Below are positions 1-7,795 of a DNA stretch of 32,000 bases, piece by piece. The DNA lies in the NCBI GenBank assembly GCA_964565725.1, contig CAZMGA010000001.1, positions 2,518 through 34,517 on the forward strand. The letters are read 5' to 3'. The stretch's first letter is position 1. Every line of letters starts with the position of its first letter. The position numbers and the translations under genes were made by a program. The stretch comes from an uncultured archaeon (GTDB lineage: Archaea; Iainarchaeota; Iainarchaeia; Iainarchaeales; 0-14-0-20-30-16). The notes under the pieces were generated by a model. It was not told where the DNA came from. It saw nothing but the letters and a program-made list of their open reading frames with translations, and made no database searches.

Positions 1-296
1 AAAAAAACACTAATTTCAAATATACCTGTACATAAATTAATTATACTAAATTGCAAATTATAAACTAAAAGAACATAATAATCTTGATAAAAATAAATTT
101 CATTAGGAATTTTAAAAAAGTCAAAAACATAAGATACTAAAAAAGCAAACATTTTTGAAAAATTTAATAACGAAAAAAATAAATAAAATAATACAAAAAA
201 AATAACAGTTAAAATTAAAAAAGCAATTAAATGATATTTTTTATTTTTTATAATTTCTTGATATTTTTTTTTGATATTTTTTTTTGAAAATTTCAA
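1..296 (-). CDS. Partial hypothetical membrane protein (3' end lies beyond the window start)
   Basis: Hand translation of the minus strand downstream of the patatin stop. The frame stays open from 305 to 1. Candidate starts are TTG 296-294 or ATG 152-150. The product begins basic (KFSKKNIKKKYQEIIKNKKYH) and then turns hydrophobic (LIAFLILTVIFFVLFYLFFSLL ... MFAFLVSYVFDFF). It is absent from the supplied ORF track because it is truncated. Confidence 0.3.
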   Translation of the reverse strand, partial: MKFSKKNIKKKYQEIIKNKKYHLIAFLILTVIFFVLFYLFFSLLNFSKMFAFLVSYVFDFFKIPNEIYFYQDYYVLLVYNLQFSIINLCTGIFEISVF

Positions 297-305
297 ATAA
301 TCCCT

Positions 306-1097
306 CTATTTTAATTTTTCTAATATGTTGTGTAATTCTTTTTTTGCACCTCTTTCTCCAGCCTTAACATAACTCAACATATTTTTTTGACTAAAATTAT
401 CTTCAATATATTCATAGTCGGGATAAATTATGATTTTATCCGAAAATAATTTCACATTATAATCTCCAATTGCTTGTTGAATTATATATAATAATCTAGC
501 AAATACTTGCAAAGAACTTGGTTTTTTAGAATATGTTTTCTCTACTTTTGGAAATAAATTTACGCCTATTAATACATTACAACCAGAAGCTTCTAAAACT
601 TTTAACGGAACAGGATCTAATAAGCCCCCATCTACTAACCAAGCACCCCAATGAAAATGAGGTGGAAAAACCATGGGCACAGACATACTTGCCAAAATAC
701 CATCTTTTATATACCCTGTTTTTATTTCCACAGGTTCTCCTTTTTCTAAATCTACGGCCATTACTGAAAAAGGAATTTTACAATCTGAAAATTTTTTATT
801 TCCAAAAACAGAATCTAAAAAAATATATATTTCATTTATTAATTTTTTACTTTCTAATACCGTAGTAACGCTAAACAATTTAAAACTAAATTTCTTTAAA
901 AAATCATAACAATCTTTTTCTAATTTTGTTCTATCTTTAAACAAACTATAATGAGCCCCAATTATTGAACCTATACTTGCACCAGAAATAACATCTATAG
1001 GCAAATTATGTTCTTCAAAAACTTTTATTACTCCTATGTGCGCAAAACCTAAAGATCCTCCAGACCCAAACGCAACGCCTACTTTTTTATCACTCAT
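306..1097 (-). CDS. Patatin-like phospholipase
   Basis: Gly-rich loop GSGGSLG near the N-terminus, GxSxG nucleophile elbow (GASIG) and a DGG Asp motif (LVDGGLLDP), in the canonical order. The track start at 1106 is GTG. ATG at 1097 gives MSDKKVGVAFGSGG, 5 nt after the upstream stop. Confidence 0.8.
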   Translation of the reverse strand: MSDKKVGVAFGSGGSLGFAHIGVIKVFEEHNLPIDVISGASIGSIIGAHYSLFKDRTKLEKDCYDFLKKFSFKLFSVTTVLESKKLINEIYIFLDSVFGNKKFSDCKIPFSVMAVDLEKGEPVEIKTGYIKDGILASMSVPMVFPPHFHWGAWLVDGGLLDPVPLKVLEASGCNVLIGVNLFPKVEKTYSKKPSSLQVFARLLYIIQQAIGDYNVKLFSDKIIIYPDYEYIEDNFSQKNMLSYVKAGERGAKKELHNILEKLK

Positions 1098-1102
1098 AAT
1101 TA

Positions 1103-1528
1103 TCACTTTAAAATGCCCAAAAAATATTTACCAACATTAATATAATTACTAAATTTTAATAATTTAATTGTATCTAATTTATTTGTCAAATAAAAAATTT
1201 TACTATTATTCCAACTAAATATTAATACCCAATCTTTATCTTTTGATTCCTTTTCTGTTTGAGATATAAATTCATTTAGTCTACTTTTTTTATTAAAAAT
1301 TTCAAATAAAGTAATTGGCGCTTTTGTTTTTTTACATTCTATAATAATATTAGAATATAACTTATTTTCTGTGAACAGATCTCCAAAAAATCTATTGTCT
1401 TCACTTTTATTTATTGTTGAAAAAGCTCCACTCATTGGAACTCTTTTCCAATCAACTTGGGTCATATCAGATAATATTTTTGCAATTTGCCTTTCAAAAC
1501 TTTTTCCTTTATTTATACTATTTACCAT
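1103..1528 (-). CDS. Small PD-(D/E)xK nuclease, Hjc / phage-type Holliday-junction-resolvase-like
   Basis: KGKSFER ... SG ... GD ... ECK occur in that order within 141 aa, matching the E / D / ExK layout of Hjc-type resolvases. Its ATG overlaps the mutL stop (TAATG at 1526-1530). Confidence 0.55.
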   Translation of the reverse strand: MVNSINKGKSFERQIAKILSDMTQVDWKRVPMSGAFSTINKSEDNRFFGDLFTENKLYSNIIIECKKTKAPITLFEIFNKKSRLNEFISQTEKESKDKDWVLIFSWNNSKIFYLTNKLDTIKLLKFSNYINVGKYFLGILK

Positions 1529-3261
1529 TACAATCTACCTATTTTTTTATACAATTCTTTTTTAGTTAATTCTATTATAATTGGCCTACCATGAGGGCAA
1601 GTATAAGGGTTCTTTGTAGAATATAAATTATTTATAATTTTTTTCATTTCATATTCCCCTAACAAAGTGTCTGCTTTAATTGATGCTTTGCAAGCTAAAC
1701 TAGATAATGTTTTTATTTTTATGGCCTCTAAAATGTTTTTATTTTCCATATTATTTATTATTTCTAATAATAATTCTTTTAATTCAATATTATTTAGAGG
1801 TCTATTAAATATTAAAGGAATACTTCTAATTAATAAAGTATCATTTAAAACAGACACATCAAATCCAAACGTATTTAATAAATTTAAATTATCTAAAAAC
1901 AAATTTAAATATTCTTTTGTAAATTCTAAATTTATAGGAGCAATTAATTCTTGCTTAGCTAACTTTTGATTTTCATATTGTTCTAATAATTTTTCAAAAT
2001 AATATCTTTCTTCTGCAACGTGTTGATCAATTAACATTAAACTTTCATTAACATCTTCAATTAAAATAAATGTTTTATTATACTGCCCAATTATTTTAAA
2101 ATTCTCTTTTTTCACTTCATTATTATTTTGAAATAAATTTAATTTTTGATTTTCATTTAAAACAAAATCTTTTTTAAATTTTGAATTTGCAGGTATGTTT
2201 TCAAACTCTCTACTTTTAAAATAATTTGAATCTTCTTCTGCAATTAAAGACAAAATTTTTGTTCTTTTTTCTTCGTCTTTTTTATCTAAACCCTGTTCTA
2301 ATTTTGATTTTAAAGCATGATATACGGGATAAAAAAAAGTATTATTATCTTTTAATCTAACTTCAAATTTTTGAGGATGTACATTAATATCATAAGTTTT
2401 TGGATTTAACTCTAATAAAACAAATATGTTTGGCTTTCTGTTCTTGGGTATTTTAGCATCAAAAGCTTTAGATATTGCATACAATATTGTTTTATTATTA
2501 ATAGGTCTATTATTTAAATAAATATTTTGAATGGTTTCAAAAGAAATTTCTTTTAATTCTGTAGGATTTGTAAAATAAATTTTTGTTTTAACGATTGGAT
2601 CTGAAAACTCTGCAAATATTGTATTTAAATTGTAAACTTGTTTAATTCTATTAGATATATTCTCTTGTTTAGGGTAATCTAAAATTAACTTATCATTATG
2701 ATATAATTTAATATTTTTATCAAAATTAGATATGGATATATTTTTAACCCAGTCAACTGTTTTTTTTAATTCATAACTATCTGATTTTAAAAATTTTTGT
2801 CTAGCAGGAATATTATAAAATAAATTATAAACATTTACTGTTGTACCAATATATTTTGTGTCGGGCAAAATTTCTTTATTGTTAATATTTAATTTATACG
2901 AAAATTGTGAATTTTTAGTTCCGGATATTATTTCCATTTTAGAAACTTCTGCAATTGTAGCTAACGCCTCTCCTCTAAATCCATAACTTAATACGTTAAA
3001 TATGTCTTCAACATTTTTTATTTTAGAAGTTGCGTGTTTTTTACAACTTAATAATAAATCTTCTTTATCTATTCCAAAACCATTATCTACTACAGTTATT
3101 TGTTTTTTACCTGCTTCTTTTAATTTTATAATTATTTCATTAGCATTAGCATCTAAACTATTTTCTACTAATTCTTTTACTACAGACATGGGTCTTTCTA
3201 TTACTTCTCCTGCTGCAATTTTTGCAATTGTAGATTCATCTAATAAAATAATTTTGCTCAT
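1528..3261 (-). CDS. mutL: DNA mismatch repair protein MutL (endonuclease-type)
   Basis: GHKL ATPase N-terminus (IAAGEVIERPMSVVKELVENSLDA, DNGFGI), C-terminal DQHVAEERYYFE (DQHAxxExxxxE nicking motif) and CPHGRP. The likely start is ATG 3261 (MSKIILLDESTIAKIAAGEV) rather than the track start at 3297. Confidence 0.9.
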   Translation of the reverse strand: MSKIILLDESTIAKIAAGEVIERPMSVVKELVENSLDANANEIIIKLKEAGKKQITVVDNGFGIDKEDLLLSCKKHATSKIKNVEDIFNVLSYGFRGEALATIAEVSKMEIISGTKNSQFSYKLNINNKEILPDTKYIGTTVNVYNLFYNIPARQKFLKSDSYELKKTVDWVKNISISNFDKNIKLYHNDKLILDYPKQENISNRIKQVYNLNTIFAEFSDPIVKTKIYFTNPTELKEISFETIQNIYLNNRPINNKTILYAISKAFDAKIPKNRKPNIFVLLELNPKTYDINVHPQKFEVRLKDNNTFFYPVYHALKSKLEQGLDKKDEEKRTKILSLIAEEDSNYFKSREFENIPANSKFKKDFVLNENQKLNLFQNNNEVKKENFKIIGQYNKTFILIEDVNESLMLIDQHVAEERYYFEKLLEQYENQKLAKQELIAPINLEFTKEYLNLFLDNLNLLNTFGFDVSVLNDTLLIRSIPLIFNRPLNNIELKELLLEIINNMENKNILEAIKIKTLSSLACKASIKADTLLGEYEMKKIINNLYSTKNPYTCPHGRPIIIELTKKELYKKIGRL

Positions 3262-3306
3262 ATTAATAATATATAAGATAGATTTATATTTTAACAAGTT
3301 AAACTC

Positions 3307-5754
3307 TTAAAATAAAGTCTTTTGTACAATTGTTGCTTTATTTTTTTGAATTAAAATAGGAGAATCTTTATTGGAATTATTTATATCTAACGTTTTTTCT
3401 ATTTCTTTTGCGTTGTTTATAACTTCTTGAGGCAAACCAGCTAATTTTGCTACTTCAATACCATAGCTTTTAGATATTGGACCTAATTCTAATTTTCTCA
3501 AAAATATAATATTTCCGTCTATTTCTTTTGCAGAAATATGATAATTTACTATACCATCATATTTATTTTCTAAGTCTGTTAATTGATGATAATGTGTGGC
3601 AAATAAAGTTTTTGAAGCTATTTTGTTGTGGATATATTCTAAAACAGCCCACGCAATACTCATACCATCATATGTAGAAGTACCCCTACCAATTTCATCT
3701 AATAAAATAAAACTGTTTTTTGTACAATTGTTTAATATATTTGCGGTTTCTATCATTTCAACCATAAACGTACTTAAACCCAAAGCTAAATTATCATTAG
3801 CCCCAATTCGAGTAAACAATTTATCTATTGGTTTAAATTCCATATATTCACAGGGAACAAAGGAGCCCATTTGTGCCATAATTAATATTAGTGCATTTTG
3901 TCGCATATATGTACTTTTTCCAGCCATATTTGGGCCAGTAATTATGTGTGTTCTATCTTTTGCAGAAATAAATAAATCATTTGATATAAATTTTTCTTGA
4001 TTTATTCTTTCCAATACAGGATGTCTTCCTTTTTGTATAGTTATTTTATCTTCTTTTATTAAATTTGGTTTTACATAATTATATTTATTGGCAACAATAG
4101 CCAAAGAATTATAAAAATCAATTTCTGCAATTTTTTGCGCCAAATAATAAATTTCAGAAATATTTTCTTTTACTTCTAAAATTATTTTATTAAAAATTTC
4201 TAATTCTAAATTTTTGGCTTTTTCTTCCGCACCTAAAACACTATTTTCTAAATTTTTTAATTCTTCTGTAATTACTCTTTCATTATTAGCTAATGTTTGT
4301 TTTCTAATAAAATAATTTGGCAATTCATTTATTTGGGATTTAGGAATTTCAAAATAAAAACCAAATATTTTATTATACCCTATTCTCAATGTTTTAATAC
4401 CCGTCTTTTCTTTTTCTTTTAATTCTATGTTTATTAAAATATTTTTAAAGTTGGTTTTTATATTTAATAATTCGTCTAATTCATTAGAAAAAGATTTTTT
4501 GATAAAATTGTTTTCTTTATAATTTGTAGGACAATCTTCAATTATAGCAGAATCTAATAAATCACACAAAGTTAATAATTTTTCTGAAAAATCAAATTGC
4601 AAATCTTCCAGATTATTATTTACATATTCTTGTAATGGTTTTATAGCTAATAATGAGTATTTTAGTGTCAATAAATCTCTAGGGTTTGCTAAGTTATACA
4701 TTATTTTTGAAGATAATCGTTCTAAATCAATTATTTTTGATAATTGTTCTTCTAAAAAAACATAATGTGTATCATTAATTATTTTTTCCAAAATATTTAA
4801 CCTTTTATTTATCTCTAATTGATCTGTTAAAGGTAATAAAATATTTTTTTTTAATAATCTTCCACCCATTGGTGTTTTACAATAATCTAAAACAGACATT
4901 AAAGTATTTTGTTTTGTATTTTCTAAATTTAAAACTAATTCTAAATTTTTTATTGTATGAATATCTAAACCCATATATTTTGAATTATCAAAAAATGATA
5001 TTTTAGATACATTTTTCAATTTTGATTTTTGAGTATATTCTATATATTGTAATAATGCTCCTACAGATGAAATTATTTCTTCTTCTTGTTCAATGCCAAA
5101 AGATTTTAAAGATATTACATTAAAATGTTCTTTTATCTTTTCTTCTCCAAAAGATTTATTATAATATATAAAAGGTTGCTCATTTATTTGAACATTAAAT
5201 ATTTTAAATATTGTGTCTTTTATACTTAAATCAAAACTATCGGGAATTAAAATTTCCACGGGGTTTATTTTTGTTAAATCAGCAATTAAATTATTATCGT
5301 TTGTTTTTCCTACATAAAACTGACCTGTAGATAAATCTAAAAAAGAATAACCTATGTTTTTGTTTTTAAATAATGACAACAAATAATTGTTTGTTTTTGA
5401 ATCTAAAAAATCATCTTCAAAAATAGTTCCAGGAGTTACAGTTCTTACTACATCTCTTTTAACTATTCTTCCTTTTGCTAATTTTGGATCTTCAATTTGT
5501 TCTATTATAGTTACAGTTTTACCAGCATTAACCATTTTTTTTAAGTATGTATTTAGAGCATGATAAGGTATTCCTGCCAAAGGTATTTTTGAAGTCTTTC
5601 CTCTTTTTGTTAAAGTTATATTTAAAATTTCTGAAGTTATTTTAGCATCTTCAAAAAAACATTCGTAAAAATCACCCATTCTAAAAAATAATATAGATTT
5701 AGGATATTGTTTTTTTATTTCTAAAAATTGTTTTAATGCTGGAGTTAGTTCCAT
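3307..5754 (-). CDS. mutS: DNA mismatch repair protein MutS (MutS1 type)
   Basis: N-terminal TPALKQFLEIKKQYP...FFRMGDFYECFFEDA (mismatch-binding Phe-x-Glu), Walker A GPNMAGKST, DEIGRGTSTYDG and FATHYH. Confidence 0.93.
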   Translation of the reverse strand: MELTPALKQFLEIKKQYPKSILFFRMGDFYECFFEDAKITSEILNITLTKRGKTSKIPLAGIPYHALNTYLKKMVNAGKTVTIIEQIEDPKLAKGRIVKRDVVRTVTPGTIFEDDFLDSKTNNYLLSLFKNKNIGYSFLDLSTGQFYVGKTNDNNLIADLTKINPVEILIPDSFDLSIKDTIFKIFNVQINEQPFIYYNKSFGEEKIKEHFNVISLKSFGIEQEEEIISSVGALLQYIEYTQKSKLKNVSKISFFDNSKYMGLDIHTIKNLELVLNLENTKQNTLMSVLDYCKTPMGGRLLKKNILLPLTDQLEINKRLNILEKIINDTHYVFLEEQLSKIIDLERLSSKIMYNLANPRDLLTLKYSLLAIKPLQEYVNNNLEDLQFDFSEKLLTLCDLLDSAIIEDCPTNYKENNFIKKSFSNELDELLNIKTNFKNILINIELKEKEKTGIKTLRIGYNKIFGFYFEIPKSQINELPNYFIRKQTLANNERVITEELKNLENSVLGAEEKAKNLELEIFNKIILEVKENISEIYYLAQKIAEIDFYNSLAIVANKYNYVKPNLIKEDKITIQKGRHPVLERINQEKFISNDLFISAKDRTHIITGPNMAGKSTYMRQNALILIMAQMGSFVPCEYMEFKPIDKLFTRIGANDNLALGLSTFMVEMIETANILNNCTKNSFILLDEIGRGTSTYDGMSIAWAVLEYIHNKIASKTLFATHYHQLTDLENKYDGIVNYHISAKEIDGNIIFLRKLELGPISKSYGIEVAKLAGLPQEVINNAKEIEKTLDINNSNKDSPILIQKNKATIVQKTLF

Positions 5755-5847
5755 TTTATATACACCTATTTAAAAACTGGATTAGTAATCTTTATAAATA
5801 CATATACCCTAAAAAATATATAAAACTATTTTTATTTTAAAATATAT

Positions 5848-5853
5848 AAGGTG
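5848..5853 (+). promoter_or_regulatory. Shine-Dalgarno-like AAGGTG upstream of rpl15e
   Basis: AAGGTG lies 5 nt before ATG 5859 and is complementary to the conserved archaeal 16S 3' end (..GAUCACCUCCU). Confidence 0.45.
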
Positions 5854-5858
5854 TTGAT

Positions 5859-6419
5859 ATGTCATTTACAAAACAATTTAAAGAAACAATGAAAAAAGTA
5901 TTTGCCAAAAAAGATACTAAAGAAGCAGATTATAAGGCAATATACCAAAAAAGATTAATAGAATTTAGAAAATTAAAAACAACAGTTACTAAATTAGAAA
6001 AACCTACAAATATAGTAAGAGCTAGAGAATTAGGTTATAAAGCAAAAAAGGGAATATTTGTAGTATTAGTTAATATTAGAAGAGGAACAGGTTTGTTTAG
6101 ACAACCTATTAGAGGTAGAAAACCTAGAAGAGTTGGATTTACAAAACTTACTAGAAATATAAGTATTCAATCTATTTCTGAACAAAGAGCATCTAGAAAA
6201 TATCCTAATTGTGAAGTATTAAACAGCTATTTTGTAGGAGAAGATGGAAAAAACAAATATTATGAAGTAATTATGTTATCTAAAAACCAACCAGAAGTTA
6301 AAAAGGATAAAAATTTAAAAGCAATAATTAAACAAACTGGAAGGGCTGAAAGAGGACTAACTTCTTCTGCTAAAAAAACAAAAGGTTTAAGAAAAATTAA
6401 GGAAACTAATAGAAAGTAA
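5859..6419 (+). CDS. rpl15e: 50S ribosomal protein L15e
   Basis: RARELGYKAKKGIFVVLVNIRRGTG...RGRKPRRVG is characteristic of L15e. The length of 186 aa also fits. Confidence 0.9.
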   Translation: MSFTKQFKETMKKVFAKKDTKEADYKAIYQKRLIEFRKLKTTVTKLEKPTNIVRARELGYKAKKGIFVVLVNIRRGTGLFRQPIRGRKPRRVGFTKLTRNISIQSISEQRASRKYPNCEVLNSYFVGEDGKNKYYEVIMLSKNQPEVKKDKNLKAIIKQTGRAERGLTSSAKKTKGLRKIKETNRK

Positions 6420-6447
6420 TTAAATCCTTTTTCTTTCTTTTTTTATT

Positions 6448-6927
6448 ATGTTTTATAAATACGAAGAAATTAATTTTATAAATATTAAAGAATTTAAAAA
6501 TGATAAAAATTCTATATTAATACTTTCAAACAAATCAGAATTAAAGTATTTAAATAATTATTCTAACTACAAATTTGGAGCAATTGTAAATAATATTGAT
6601 GATTTACTGTTTTGGAGTAATAAAAAAATAAATTTTATAATAAATCCTTTTAATTATAAAGAACGATTTTTTGATAATAGTACTTTTTCTTTACTAACTA
6701 AAAATAATATAAATATTATTATTATTTGGGATTTGATATTTGAAAAGGAAATTTCAAAACAAATTTTTATTTATAAACATCTAATTATTTTAAATAAATT
6801 ATGCAAAAAAAATAAAATACCTTTAATAATTTTAAATAAAGATCTAGAAAAAACATATCAAATTTATAAAATTTTAAATTATAATAAAAAACAAGCAAAA
6901 TATTTTTTATCTTTGGTGAAATTATGA
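6448..6927 (+). CDS. rnp3: RNase P protein component 3 (Rpp30-like), shortened
   Basis: It sits in the L15e-Rpp30-Pop5 position. By eye it aligns to Pyrococcus-type Rpp30 over INFIINPF / DNSTFSLLTKNNINIIII / LCKKNKIPLIILN / QAKYFLS. Only 159 aa, so N-terminal elements of the TIM barrel appear to be missing. Confidence 0.6.
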   Translation: MFYKYEEINFINIKEFKNDKNSILILSNKSELKYLNNYSNYKFGAIVNNIDDLLFWSNKKINFIINPFNYKERFFDNSTFSLLTKNNINIIIIWDLIFEKEISKQIFIYKHLIILNKLCKKNKIPLIILNKDLEKTYQIYKILNYNKKQAKYFLSLVKL

Positions 6928-7199
6928 AAACAAAATTAAAAACATTACCTAAAAGTTTAAGAGAAATTAGGCGTTATATTTATATTGAAAACATAAATAT
7001 TTCTAGCATTAAAAATAATTTTATAAAAAAACATGGCGTTTTTAAATTTGCAGAAAGTGATTTTACAATAAAAAATTATAAAAACAATAAAATTATTAGA
7101 ATCAATAATAAATTTTTAAATGATTTAAAAACAATTTTTAAAGACGAAAATATAAAAATCATAAAAATTTCAGGAACATTAAAAGGGCTTAAAATATGA
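6924..7199 (+). CDS. rnp2: RNase P protein component 2 (Pop5-like)
   Basis: N-terminal KTLPKSLREIRRYIYIE matches the Pop5 signature (LPPTLRxxxRYIAF) and C-terminal ISGTLKGLK matches VSGTIKRLK. It has an ATGA overlap with rnp3. Confidence 0.8.
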   Translation: MKTKLKTLPKSLREIRRYIYIENINISSIKNNFIKKHGVFKFAESDFTIKNYKNNKIIRINNKFLNDLKTIFKDENIKIIKISGTLKGLKI

Positions 7200-7492
7200 A
7201 TCAAAAAGCAATTGCAGAAAATATAAAAAATGAATTAAAAGAATTATTATTAAAAGTAAAAGATAATGATTTAAAGAAAAACATTATTTTAGAAATAAAT
7301 TCTTTAAATAAGAGATTTAGTTTAAAGAAAAAAAATTTTGAAAAAGATTTGTATTGTAAAAAATGTAATGATTTTGATAAAATTAAAAAAATTAGATTTA
7401 AAACAATTTTAAAAAACAGAGAAAAATATTTACAAAAAATAACTATTTGTGAGTGTGGTTATGAAAAAAAAAAAATTATATTTAAATTTTAA
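7196..7492 (+). CDS. rnp4: RNase P protein component 4 (Rpp21/Rpr2-like zinc ribbon)
   Basis: YCKKCNDF ... ICECGYEKK is a CxxC...CxC zinc ribbon preceded by a helical basic N-terminus, as in Rpp21. It has an ATGA overlap with rnp2. Confidence 0.75.
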   Translation: MNQKAIAENIKNELKELLLKVKDNDLKKNIILEINSLNKRFSLKKKNFEKDLYCKKCNDFDKIKKIRFKTILKNREKYLQKITICECGYEKKKIIFKF

Positions 7493-7787
7493 TTTTTTAT
7501 TAATAATCATAATTTTGATTTTTTTATTAATATTATTTTTTATACCTTTAGAATTTAAAACTATTAAAGATTTGAAAACTATAAATTCTGGAAATTATAT
7601 TACTAAAGGATACATATCTTCGTATTATTATAAAGAAAATTATACCTATTTAACAATGAGTGATTTAAATAACAATTTATATGGAATATATCCTAATAAA
7701 TATATTTTTAAAAATAACCTATTATATAACTTTGAATGTCAAATTAATAATTCTATTTGCTATATAAAAAAAATAAAAGAAGGATAA
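7461..7787 (+). CDS. Hypothetical membrane-anchored protein, possible OB-fold ectodomain
   Basis: MKKKKLYLNFNFLLIIIILIFLLILFFIP is a basic N-terminus followed by one TM helix. After it, IKDLKTINSGNYITKGYISSYYYKENYTYLTMSDLNNNLYGIY resembles tRNA_anti-type OB barrels. The track start at 7449 is GTG; ATG is at 7461. It overlaps the rnp4 3' end. Confidence 0.5.
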   Translation: MKKKKLYLNFNFLLIIIILIFLLILFFIPLEFKTIKDLKTINSGNYITKGYISSYYYKENYTYLTMSDLNNNLYGIYPNKYIFKNNLLYNFECQINNSICYIKKIKEG

Positions 7788-7795
7788 GAAGTAAA

